This document shows, piece by piece, positions 13,390 through 25,402 of a stretch of DNA of 64,000 nt (its first letter is position 1; every line of letters begins with the position of its first letter). Below the pieces are notes generated by a model. The model was not told the origin of the DNA. It worked only from the letters and a program-made list of their open reading frames with translations, and did not search any database. Source of the stretch: Octopus vulgaris (taxonomy: Eukaryota). The stretch lies in NCBI GenBank assembly GCA_951406725.2, contig OX597825.1, positions 23,684,001 to 23,748,000 on the forward strand. Direction: 5' to 3'. Position numbers and translations under genes: made by a program.

Positions 13390-14062
13390 AAATATTACAT
13401 ATATGCTAGTAGAAGGTTATTCAAGTTTGTAATTCATTTTCTTTCTTCTACTAGCCTATATGTAGTGTGGTTTTCTCGGAGAATTTATGGTGGCGATAGT
13501 GTCTTTTGACGTCTATTTTTCAGTGCATGGTGAGGCGCAAGCCAATCCTTTGTTATAATTATGCATATAATTATAAAATATTTATATTAATTTACCTACG
13601 AGGTTTTATTTCCGCGCTGACAACTTGGTAAAAATCCTTTATGATTTTACCCTTTATTATTATTATAATTATTAATATTTGAAAAAATATTTAATCCTTG
13701 ATTAAAACTATATTAACTGCAGACTTGATCTTTAATACACTGTACGTGGCTATGAGAGAAGGATATGAATTCTACTTCGCAGCATATATCTGCGAGTCTC
13801 AACTGGTATAAGAGAAGTGATGGCGCAGCTCGCTTGCATATACGTAGCCATTCGTATTTATATACCTGGGTATACCGTCGCTGATGAAGGCAAAAAGGTA
13901 AAGTTTTTATTACTTTAAGCCCGAAACACGATCATGTACGTGGTTAACCAAAGTTGTAATTCATTTTCTTTCTTCTACTCGACTATTATGTAGTGTGTTT
14001 TTCTCGGAGAATTGATGGTAGCAATAGTGTCTTTTGAACGTCTATTTTTCAGTGCGTGGTGC
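13390..14062 (+). mobile_element. Penelope-like remnant with direct terminal repeat and canonical-core hammerhead-like motif
   Basis: 13423-13531 is repeated at 13950-14061. accgtcg-CTGATGA-aggc...gccc-GAAA-cacgatcatg-TA-cgtggt at about 13874-13944. Short inverted segment at 13382-13478. Confidence 0.65.
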
Positions 14063-14063
14063 G

Positions 14064-14243
14064 CCATGATAGATCGTTAGCCACTACATACATGTTTTTC
14101 TCTCCTTGTTTTTCTGTGTACCTTTCTGTAGAAGAGCGTAGGCTCGAAACGTAAAAGACTTTTTCTATTCCTGAGCGTTATACTAATACATATGTTTGTT
14201 TTGTACACCACCTGTCTTCGTCTTTTGTTTTTTCGTAAACTTT

Positions 14244-14305
<62 letters not shown>

Positions 14306-14510
14306 GCTATGTTGATTCGCTAGCCTCTGCACGCATTTTTTTCTCACCTTGTTTCTTTCTGTTTCTTTTCTGTGTATCTTTTTGTTGAAGAGCGTAGGCT
14401 CGAAACGTAAAAGACTTGTTTTATTTATATTCCTGAGCGCCATACTAATAAAATTGTTTGTTTGTATTCCACCTGCTTTCGTCTTTTGTTTATTTTCATA
14501 AAGCTTCCCG

Positions 14511-14512
<2 letters not shown>
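14064..14512 (+). mobile_element. Two short (TA)n-terminated elements with ultra-minimal hammerhead-like motif
   Basis: cttt-CTGTAGA-agagcgtaggctc-GAAA-CG-TA-aaag (14122-14157), second copy about 14377-14414, third at 55592-55629(-). Each element runs into (TA)n. Confidence 0.65.
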
Positions 14513-14562
<50 letters not shown>

Positions 14563-15214
14563 GTATTTGAAGACATCCCAGTTTGCATGGGTTCAGTTAT
14601 TATAAAATTATGTATAATTTATATATACAGAAACAACTCTTGGTCGGTTTTCCTTACCGTTGTTCTTTAGTGACGAGGTACTTCAGGCTCTCAACTGACA
14701 TTTCAGTTAAAATCGTTTCATTTTTGTTTTAAACTGTGCAAGATAGCAGAGCTTCAAATGTCAAGACGGTTGATTTATCTGGAAATTTAAAGTATTGCAT
14801 GATATGTAGGCGTGTTTTTGTGTCTGAATGTGTGTGTTTTTGTGTGTGTAAGTGTGTGTTTGTGTTTGTGTGTGTGTAAGTACGTTTACTCGATAATCGT
14901 TTTTATTAGCATCATTTCAAATTTAATAACTATAAATGTTGTCTGTTTTTTGTTTGTTTTTATTAATGACCACTAAAAACGAATTATTTCACACAAATTC
15001 GATTTTTACGGTAATAGAGCTGGACTAATCTACCGTGTAGAGTAAGAATCAACAACATATACGCAACGTAAATACCCTAGGTACTTATGTACTTATCTTC
15101 GTACATACATACATACATATACGCTCTCATACACACATTCATACGCTAAATGCATACATACATAATACACACACACATATGTGTATACGTGTGTATATGT
15201 ATCGAGTGCATATA

Positions 15215-15261
<47 letters not shown>

Positions 15262-15269
15262 GTGTGTAT

Positions 15270-15836
15270 AAATTACTCAGAGATAGGAGAACCACTAAGT
15301 GGTCTCCTTACATTCTGAAAAGGAATGTCAAATCCCCAAAGCATGAAAAATACATTTTTATTTATAGCATGTTGAATGTAGGCGGGCAAGACAATTTGAA
15401 AATAATTAATAAGACCAGTGATTTCTATACCCCGAAGTTTCACAATTAATAATTAAATAAATGAATTATCTGTGTATCATCAGTAGGAACTACTGGAGAC
15501 GTATAATTAAAAAGCTCAAATACATTCCATATGCCAAAGGACACACGTGGATATCGAGTGTTATCGTTATATTCAATTCAAATATCCTCAACCAACGTAC
15601 CAAGCCAGAATAAAGCAGCAGTGAATAAAAATTCAATGGTGAATTATCTAACTCAAGAATTAAGATATTGGAAAATAAATATATAAAGGGTAAAAATTAT
15701 TAAAAATAACAATTTCTACCTGTGGCCAGCATGCGTAGGAAATGTCCGTAGACCATAAATACTTATAGTCCACGAACATTTTTTACGCATGCCGGCCACT
15801 GGTATAAATTATTATTTAAAAAATATTTACCCTTTA
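15270..15836 (-). mobile_element. Penelope-like terminus with canonical-core hammerhead-like motif and adjacent 150-bp palindrome
   Basis: Minus strand 15490-15421: gttccta-CTGATGA-taca...tgt-GAAA-cttcgggg-TA-tagaaat. Palindrome arms about 15684-15757 and 15762-15836. Confidence 0.6.
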
Positions 15837-15912
15837 GACATACATACATACATACATGCATGCATGCATACATACATACATACATACATACATACATACA
15901 TACATACATACA

Positions 15913-15945
<33 letters not shown>

Positions 15946-16212
15946 GCATACATATACACATACATACGTACGTGTCTGTGCCTTCTATCAAATACGAAGG
16001 TCGAAACAAACTTCGGCATTCAAACGTTGAAACGTTACTTTTCTTCTTTTGGAGAATTTTAACACAATACTCCAACGTAAAAGTCGGTTTGCCATTGGTA
16101 TAGTACTGTCCCCTGGATCTAAGTTATCTATTTGCAGATTACTACAAAAGCCCTCTGCCACTCAGGTCCCATAGCTAGGGATAATGCACAGTAGCGATGA
16201 TAATATTGATAA

Positions 16213-17326
16213 CACAACCTGACAGACATTTTGCTCTCAGGATGTCTTTACCTGATTTTAAGGTGTTTTTGAATTAAAATCACGCCTGGATTTTAAGATC
16301 TTACCCCACAGTTTTTGCAATTTTCCTCGCTTTTCAAAAAAAATTCTTTGTTTACCTCAGAAATTTAGTACGTGCGTTTATTTCGATTTGTATATTATTG
16401 TATTAGGAGTCAGTGAAAGAATGAGTGATCAAAGAATGGCAGCAGCAAACATTAGTTTCAGGGTACTAATGTGGTTTAAGCGCTTTTTAATTCAACCCTG
16501 GGGAAAAAAAATCATCGTATCTCCTTTCCGTATCAAATTTGACATTACGAAGCAGTTTGTTAAAATTCTGGATAAAGATGGACCATGCTTTCACTATATC
16601 TGTGACACATTTCCCGCTCTGAGCAATGAAACGATAAAAGCTGGAGTATTTAATGAGCCTTAGATCAGAAAATTGATGAAAGATGGGAATTTTGTGAATT
16701 CAATGAATGGCATTGAAGCAACAGCATGAAATGTAACATTTGTAACAGTTGTAAATGGCTTTCTGAGCTACAAGAAAAAAACATCCAAGCCGAAATAGTC
16801 GATATCATGCCGGAGAACAGTCAAAATGTTGGTGACAGTGACGAGAAGGAAGAATGTTTACAGCACGACGTAAAATCAATAGAACAAAGGTATCAAAGCA
16901 GATGTGACTTGCGCATGATGGTGAGTTATTCTTGGAATTGGGATGTAGACTTCCTGAAGTTCAGCATTCAAGAAAATCGTCCAAATGCAAATTGACTGGA
17001 AATTCGACATAAACAATGACGTAATTTGTCTGTAGAAATTTAAAGACTTTTCCCAGTTCTTCTGTAGTATTCTAAAAAAAGATTCTTGTTTTGAATAAGA
17101 ACCAATTTGCATATATATATCTGTATATTATGCCTTGTTCCTCATCAGCTAATTTATTGGAAAAAAAAGCAAAAAGAAACAATGAAATTTTATGGATCCA
17201 TTATCTAAAAATTTCGACAGGGTGATAATAAATGGATGTCATTTTGGGGTTCTGCATGTAAAAATACCCCTAGTTCAAGTCTAAATTGTTTGACAAATCC
17301 GAAAAGAATTCTTTTGTTGGCTTGCG
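16213..17326 (+). mobile_element. Internally deleted DNA transposon, Chapaev3 (CMC)-like transposase relic
   Basis: IIVSPFRIKFDITKQFVKILDKDGPCFHYICDTFPALSNETIKAGVFNEP*IRKL and GDSDEKEECLQHDVKSIEQRYQSRCDLRMMVSYSW match the HIKLGLMKQFVKAL..KAGIFDGPQIR..SDEQGERFHQDI..RYQG.W..MMADYCW family. Ends resemble imperfect CACAA(G/C)C..CA TIRs. Superfamily name assigned from memory. Confidence 0.65.
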
Positions 17327-17755
17327 TAGTACAATGATGGTAGTGTTCCGTAGTCGGAGAAAACGGGTTATGCAATTTCTTATTGGACAAACCTGGACAA
17401 ATGATTTGTTTGTAGTGATCAAATGTATTTGCTGTACATCAGCTCACTCTCTCCATCAAATCGACATTTCCTGAACGAGTGCATGGTGTCCCATACGCCA
17501 TATGCATGGTGTCCCATAAGAAGTGGATGTAGAGCAACGAGGCAACGAGAAATGAAGTGTTTTGCTCAAGAATTCAACTTACCAATCAGTCCAGGGATTG
17601 AAACCACGATCTAAGGAACATGAGTGCAACACATTAAGCACTAGGCTAAGCGTCCTCACAATATTAATAATACGCGGATCAACAAACTCATAACAAGTTT
17701 TATGTCTAATCTTTCAGTTCTGACCGTCGAGCATTCGACGTATGCATACACAGCC

Positions 17756-17797
<42 letters not shown>

Positions 17798-17945
17798 AAT
17801 GATAATAATAATTATTATTATTGATAATAAGTTTGTACTCTACAAAAGTATAGAGTGACCCATCAGATTAAAGTGTAGTTGTTTTTATTATAACTGAATA
17901 TAAATGTAAACATTAATATAGATAGAGAGGTAGACAGACATAGAA

Positions 17946-18266
17946 ACTTATTTTTTGTAAGCCTAGTACTTATTCTATCGGTCTCTCTTGCAGAACCGCT
18001 AGGTGGCGGGGACGTAAACACACCAGCATCGGTTGTCAAGCGATGTTGGGAGAACAAACACAAACACACACATACACACACACATATATATATATACATA
18101 TATACGACGGTGTTCTTTCAGTTTCCGTCTACCAAATCAACTCACAAGGCTTTGGTCGGCCCGAGGCTATAGCAGAAGACACTTGCCCAAGATGCCACGC
18201 AGTGCGACTGAACCCGGAACATGTGGTTGGTAAGCAAGCTACTTACCACACAGCCCCTCCTGCGCC
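17946..18266 (-). mobile_element. SINE family A, 3'-truncated
   Basis: Same head and body as 4432-4921. Confidence 0.9.
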
Positions 18267-18322
18267 TATATATATATATATATATATATGTGTGTATATA
18301 TATATATGTATATATATATATG

Positions 18323-18408
<86 letters not shown>

Positions 18409-18409
<1 letters not shown>

Positions 18410-18565
18410 TAGCGTTATAGTGAAATAGAAATGACAGTGATTTTCTGAAACATAAACAGAGACAGACATACGCAGGCACACATATACACACACATCTGAA
18501 TTTCTCTCTTTCTCATACACATACACGCACACGTCTTCATACTGACACACATTTATTTATATAGA
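18409..18565 (-). mobile_element. Short Helitron-like relic
   Basis: Minus strand starts TCtatataaat and ends gCTAG, between A and T. Internal CA-rich repeats as in 29032-29416; no clear 3' hairpin. Confidence 0.4.
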
Positions 18566-18962
18566 TCACCCGGTGAGTAGGGAGAATGGGTGAGAAAGAA
18601 TCAGAACTGGCAAGCGATAAGGTGTCATCCATATGTCAGAGGTCTACCCATTAAATACATGTCAGCGAGAATCAGGAAATTAACTTCATTTATTATTCAT
18701 ATTTTTCTGTCGTCTTCGTCTTTGTTGCAGACTTTCATTAAGCTGCTGAGTGTAACCCTGTCTACCTTGAGCATGTACTGTAGTTTTGTTCGATCTATTG
18801 CATTGTGAGGACTGTATTTCATATGTTTTTGCGAATAACTTGTGATATTTTGATATTTTCGACGCATTATATATTTGTATACATTCTTAAGATTTGTTAA
18901 GTATTTTGTCCGCATGTCTTTGATTAATCATCTTCAGACCAATTACTTTTATAAGGATTATT

Positions 18963-19256
18963 TTTTTTTATGCCTCCTTTTCAAGCCTAGACACGTTTAT
19001 GGGCCCGATTGCCCGGTTTCTGTGGCTTATGTGTTCCCCCCAGCTGGACGGGACGCCAGCCCATCGCAGCGTCATTCAAGAAACAGGAAGAAAGAGTGAA
19101 AGAAAGTTGGGGCAGAAGAGGACAACAGGGGTCGCCATCACCCCCTGCCGGAGTTTCGTGGAGCTTTAGGTGTTTTCGTTCAATAAACACACAAGGCCCG
19201 GTCTGGGAATCGAAACCGCGAGTCCGCTGCCATAACCACAGAGCCAATGCGCCTCC
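18963..19256 (-). mobile_element. SINE family C with 15-bp TSD
   Basis: TSD tttataaggattatt at 18948-18962 and 19257-19271. Confidence 0.92.
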
Positions 19257-19882
19257 TTTATAAGGATTATTACTGTTTTCAACACCCAAATTCTAATAAA
19301 CTCTATTTACAGATCTTTATATTAATCTTTAGGTTTAGAAACTTAAAAAATACGATTGGTTTTTTTATAGTAAATATTTCTATTTTCACTTTTGTTAAAC
19401 AATATTTTAATCATTCAGAAATATTAAGTAAATGTGATTTCAAAAATGTAAGTATCCTTATTTTAACCTTCCTTAAACAGAAAATATTTTAATGTCTTTT
19501 ATAAATGTGTTTAAAAATACGGTAAATATTTCGTAAAAGACCCGTTCGTGACCTCAGTGTAAAAAGAAATTCGAGTGAATTCAACGATTCTCACAGCCAA
19601 AGATTTGGCTTCCATTTCTAGCACGCACTATTACCACGTAACAGCTATTTGCGATAAAGGACTCGATATATCTGTTATGTAGTAGCAGAGCGTGTAAGAA
19701 ATAGCATCCAAATCTTTCCTTTTCTGGGAGAAATGAGCCATTTACGTGTGATTTCTATGTCACATTCGTTGACAGCATGCAAAATAACCTAGAAACGAAA
19801 AAAAAAAAAACACGAAACAAGACTCCGTTGCTGGGAAACTCAGACCTTGCCGGTGACACAACGGGTCACGTGTAGTCTCGCA

Positions 19883-22145
19883 CAGTGGTTCCCAACGTGG
19901 TCCCTGGGGCCCACTGGTGGTCCCCGAGAATTCGTAGCCATAAAATGTTGAAGCCATTTCAGATCTACACAATATTGCTCGATAATAAAGACACTGTTAG
20001 TTAATAATAATTTATATGAAGACAGAATAATAATAAGAAAACAAAAATAATTATTACATAAGAATCAATAATGTATAATATATAATCAATAATCTAATAC
20101 AATCAAGAATTACATAATTTAAGTTTTACAACCACAACAGTTTCATAATAAATTTGATATTTTTAATAGATCACTACACAATATTGATTAATAATAAATT
20201 TGATACTTTTAATTTATAGAAATAACGTATTTATTATTTTATCGAAATAAAGTATTTATTATTTTTATTCTTTTAAAGATCAGTTGTTATAATGTCTGAA
20301 CCATCTGCTAAAAAGGCAAAACTGAGGAACTACAAAAATCTTATCATGTTTGGTTTTGTATCTGTAGACTCAAAACCTATGCGTCTTGAATGTGATGCCA
20401 TCATGACAAATTATTCCATGAAGAAAGTTAAGCTGAAGCAGCACCAGAAATTAAGGCATCTATCATTTGTTGGTAAAGGTAGGGAATATTTTGAGAATAA
20501 AAAGAAAATACAGCCAGTCAAACTACCCAACTTTGTAAAGAAGATAAATACTGAAAAAGCAAAGACACTCAAACCAAGGTATTTGGTTTCTCAAATTATT
20601 GCCAAGGTTGCAGCATCTCAGATTTATGATAAGAAACTTGTCAAGCCTGGTATGATAGCTTGGGCAAATGAGGTTCTGGAAAAAGATGCTGCATCTACTC
20701 TGAGTACAATTACACTTTCAAATAATACAGTTACAAGAAGACAGGATGAAATGTCTAATTTTGTTGAGAAGATTGTGGAAATTCTCCAAAAGACTATTTT
20801 TTCTATCCAGGTTGATGATAGCACAATTCATAACCAAGCTATCATTCTGATCTGTGTCAGATTCATCCATGAAGATGATATAAGGGAAAAAATGTTATTC
20901 ATTAAACGTTTTTTTTTCTGAAACTGCTAATGGAGAAGATATATTCAATGAAGTAATGCAGTTTTTAATGATAAAAATATTTCATTGACTTATCTGATCA
21001 ACATTGCATCAGATGGAGCTGCAGCCATGACTGGAAAAGTGAAAGCCTTTGTTTCTAGAATGAAATCAGCTGCTCCTCACAATTTATTATATACATTGCA
21101 TTATCCACAGACAGAATTTGGTTGCTAAGAATATTGGAGGACACATGGAAGAAGCACTCAACACTACCATGCATGCTATAAACTTTGTCAAATCAAACTC
21201 AGTGAATAATAGATTTTTTATGCAATTCTGCGAAGATGAAGATTTTAATACCCTATTGCTTCACACGGAAGTAAGGTGGTTGTCAAAAGGCCTGAGGCTT
21301 GAAAGACTAGGGAATTTGTGGGAAACATTAATCAACTTTCTCAAGTGTCAGATGACTCATTACAACTCCAAGAGGCAAGCTGATACAGCTATGAAAATTT
21401 TGGAAAGACTTTCTGAGTTCAAATAAAAAATATTCTACTTGAGTGATATTTTTAAAACGGTAAATCTGCTTAACTTAGAGCTGCAAGGCAGAAAATCGGA
21501 TTTGATCACCTGTTCTCAGAAAATAAAAGTGTATATGGGGAAATTAAAATTTTGGAAAAACAGTTTGGAGAAAGAAATTGGCATCATTTCAAAATTTTAA
21601 CACCACTGTTCCTACATCAGAATGCATTGCAATATGCATTGCACATTTTGAAGGTCTTCATGTAGACTTTGAGAGAAGATACAATAATTTATTAAAGATG
21701 GATTATCCACTCTGGTTTGTAAACCTAGAAAATTATGAACCAGGAGATGAAAATTTTGAGTTGGCTGAAATGTTGTTGGATTTGAAAGAGAATATGAAAC
21801 TGAGAAAAAGAGTTGAAAAAGAAGGTGCTTTTGCCTACATATCGATAAAGGAATCACACCTAAATATTTTTCGATATGTAGAAGCAAGCATCATTTCTTT
21901 GCCTACCACATAGATGGTGGAATCTGTATTTTTTCAGCTGTTGTAGTTATTTTAAGTACAAAAAGAAATGAATTAGATGTGAACAGCAGAGGAACTATCA
22001 GACTAAGACTAAATGAGTTCATTAAAATTGATTAAATATCTTTTTAAAGTGAAAATAGACTATTTTGCCTTTTCTTTAAATATTTTAGTTTGAAAATAGA
22101 ACAGCATAGAGTAAAAGTAGAAGTGGTCTCCAGAATTTGTTTTTT
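19883..22145 (+). mobile_element. hAT DNA transposon (Buster/Charlie type), right end not found
   Basis: Left TIR cagtggttcccaac at 19883, followed by the transposase relic. Sequence switches at about 22147 to a hammerhead-bearing element. Confidence 0.88.
20292..22035 (+). pseudogene. Frameshifted hAT transposase (ZBED5/SCAND3/Buster-like)
   Basis: Motifs LSNNTVTRR, FSIQVDDST, SDGAAAMTG, HCIIHRQ, LLLHTEVRWLSKG and LPTT*MVES spread over ORFs 20292-20921, 21118-21426 and 21578-21913, with frameshifts and stops. Confidence 0.9.
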
Positions 22146-22146
22146 G

Positions 22147-22395
22147 TAATGAGATAAAAAAAAACCCAAGGCTGTGTAGATTTTAGAACATTTATAAATA
22201 GGTCTTACAGCTGTTTCTGGGATATTTATTATATCCCTTCATCGGATACGGTGTGAGAATACGGAGTGAAGTGGAGGAATGAAAATAGATGTGAGATATG
22301 CAGGGATATTGTATTTGTAGATCCATTATTTAGGTAGAATGGTATATATATAAGATTCCAATACCTTATGAGTAAAATCCAATATTATTTATATG

Positions 22396-22400
<5 letters not shown>
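22147..22400 (-). mobile_element. Penelope-like terminus with hammerhead-like motif (same family as 2523-2792)
   Basis: Minus strand gtat-CCGATGA-agggatat-aataa-atatccca-GAAA-CAGCTG-TA-agac (22249-22202); tail shared with 2535-2600. Confidence 0.7.
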
Positions 22401-22458
<58 letters not shown>

Positions 22459-22463
22459 TACAT

Positions 22464-22522
<59 letters not shown>

Positions 22523-23480
22523 CGTTGCATGTTGCTGGCAAGCATGCTATAAGCCAATAGCTTTTGGGTGCCTCTGGTAATTCTGATTTTGGAAATTAAT
22601 GTTTTTCACTCCTGTAACCAAACAAGTGTTGATTCTTAAATACAAAGCACTCTATTAAATGCTGCCGTCACACTGCCATTTACATTGGTCAAGTGCTTCA
22701 GCCAGATATTGGGAACATTGTCAATTTGAAAGGTTTTTTTTGCAGTTGCTTGCAATTCTTAAAACGTTGGAGAATTTCGTGTTTGTTATAGTGGCCAATG
22801 CTTTCAGTGCTATTTATATTTTTTCCTCTTCCCTTCTGATCCATTTTGCATTTTCTTTTCCTGTTACGTTCTCTATTTTTATTCTCAATTCTCTAGCAGT
22901 ATGCTGAAATTCTCGTTAATCTTGTTGTATCCTTCAGTAATATATATTATTTTTTTTAGCTATTATCCTTACAGAATATGTTAGACGCCTTCATGATTTT
23001 CGAAGCGTCTAATCCTGCATGCTTTTCCTGTTATAATTCGTTTAAGACTTACAATTATTTACAGAACGTCTTTCGTGCTATTGATATTTTCCGTGAGTTC
23101 TTTTTTTAGGATGAGTAGTTGGGTGGGATGGTATTGGATCGTTATTTTCCCATTTCACAAAGTATGACTATACCTACGCTTGTTTGCAATATTATGTTGT
23201 GTATTATTTCCTTTATTTTTGCTTCGGTGATACCTTAGGAGAAACTGACTTTATTTGGATCAATCTAAGCTTCCAACAAAACTACCACTCCTACTAAATA
23301 TACCGGGTTATTCATTCTGTCTGTATTCGAGTAATCTTTTCCCGTGGACACAATTTATTGTAAATCCCTGTTGCATTTATATTTTCGTAGCAGTTTTTTT
23401 CATTTATAGCCGTGATACTAAACCAGGGCTCATTTGACTATTATAGGTTGATACCAGATTTCGCGGTTACAATTTATGTA

Positions 23481-24356
23481 CAGGGTGTCCCAAAGTCCCT
23501 GATGGGTTTCAATTTTTAACAACTTCCTTAACTTTACAAATAAACGCATGACATTTTAATACAATATAAAGGACATAGTGGAAATTGATATGCACAAGTC
23601 AAATTTTGCAACACCACTGCATTACATATGAAAAATGACATTGTGTAAATGGCAGCCATATTCGGCTTCGCACGCCCGTGCTCTTTCCAAAACGTGCACC
23701 ATAACACCCTCAAAACTTTCAGTCCCCACTTCTCTGATTTCTTTGTTGATGTTCTTCAGTTGCAACTGGGTCTCCGGGTTGTTGACATAAAGTATCTCTT
23801 TGAGATATCCCCACAAAAAAATTATAAATCTGGGCTAGGCAAGTCTGGAGAACGCGAAGGCCGGTTGACATTGCCGTAGCGGGAGATTATTCTCTCGCCA
23901 AAGCACTGCCGTAGCAACTGCATTGTTTCTCTTGCGGTATGAGCAGTTGCCCCATCTTGCTGGAACCATGTGTGAGGTCTACTTTGGATAGCTTTCACGT
24001 TCTCCAAACTTGAGTAGCAAGGACATTTTCTTGTGAGGATACCTGAAAGAAAGGGTTTAAGTCAACAAACCGTAGAACCTGGGGAAAATGACGAAGACCA
24101 TCAATAGAGAAATCAGAGAAGTGAGGTCTGAAACTAATGGTGCAAGTTTTAGAAAAAGCACGGGCATGCGAAGCCGAAAATGGCTGCCATTTAAGCGATG
24201 TCGTTTTTCATGTGATGTAGTGGTGTTGTAAAACTTGACTCATGCTTATTAATTTCCATTATGTCCTTTATACTGTATCAAAATTTCATGCATTATTTGT
24301 AAAGTTAAGAAAGTTATTAAAAATTGAAACCCATCAATTACTTTGGGGACAACCTG
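23481..24356. mobile_element. Tc1/mariner DD41D (rosa-type) element rearranged into two head-to-head 3' halves
   Basis: TA|cagggtgtccc ... gggacaacctg|TA ends. In QQDGATAH...SPDLPSPD there are 41 residues between the 2nd and 3rd catalytic D. WGYLK C-terminus present on both strands. Confidence 0.85.
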
Positions 24357-24380
24357 TACAATAAATTGGTTATTCTATAA

Positions 24381-24645
24381 TAAATAAATAAATAAATGCG
24401 CCCTTTTAAAGCCTAGCCAGGCTCATGAACCCGGTTTCCCGGTTTCAATAGCGTATGTGTTCCCCAGCTGGACGGGACACCAGTCCATCGCAGCGTTGCT
24501 CATTTTTGCCAGCTGAGTGGACTGGGGCAACGTGAAATGAAGTGTTTTGCTCAAGAACACAATGCAATGCTCGGTCCAGGAATCGAAACCACTATCTTAC
24601 GATCATGATACTGACACCCTAACCACTAAGCAACGCGCCTCCACA
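24381..24645 (-). mobile_element. SINE family C variant with (TAAA)n end and 15-bp TSD
   Basis: TSD aaattggttattcta at 24363-24377 and 24646-24660. Confidence 0.92.
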
Positions 24646-24867
24646 AAATTGGTTATTCTACAATACGCAAAATATTTTGACAATTTTTGTTATACAATTC
24701 CTAATAATATTTCATTTTGAAAATATCTTAGGACATTTTAAACATCGAATGGTATTCCGGGTCCATTGAGTAAAATAGGAATCAAAAGGGATCAATAGGT
24801 AAAAAATGGTTGAGAACCATTAATTTGTAGCTTAGAAATATGCTTGCGTTCATTGTTTCTCTTTCTT

Positions 24868-25402
24868 TCTTTTACTTGTTTCTGTCATTTGACTGTGGCC
24901 TTGCTGGAGCACTGCCTTTAGTCGAGCAACTCGACCCCAGGACTTATTCTTTGTCAGCCTAGTACTTATTCTATCGGTCTCTTTTGCCGAATCGCTAAGT
25001 TACGGGGACGTAAACACACCAGCATCGGTTGTCAAGCGATGTTGTGGGGACAAACGCAGACACAAACATATACAAACACGTACATTTATATATATATATA
25101 TATACGACGGGCTTCTTTCAGTTTCCGTCTAACATATCCACTCACAAGGCGTAAATACACCGGCATCTGTTGTCAAGCGATGTTGGGGGGACAAACGCAG
25201 ACACAAACTTATATACACACATACACATATACATATATACGACGGGCTTCTTTCAGTTTCCGTCTACCAAAACCACTCACAAGGCTTTGGTCGGCCCGAG
25301 GCTATAGTAGAAGACACTTACCCAAGCTGCAACACAGTGGGACTGAACCTGGAACCATGTGGTTCGTAAACAAGCTACTTAACACCCAGCCACTCCTACG
25401 CC
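24868..25402 (-). mobile_element. SINE family A with internal tandem duplication
   Basis: Segment about 25008-25149 is repeated at about 25150-25284. Confidence 0.9.

Noticed and set aside
22560-23400. Possible old LINE linker region on the minus strand
   Set aside because: No diagnostic motif recoverable by eye.
24760-24825. ggttgagaaccatt as the right TIR of the hAT element starting at 19883
   Set aside because: The following 8 bp (aatttgta) do not match the left flank (gtctcgca); more likely the end of a different hAT-type MITE.
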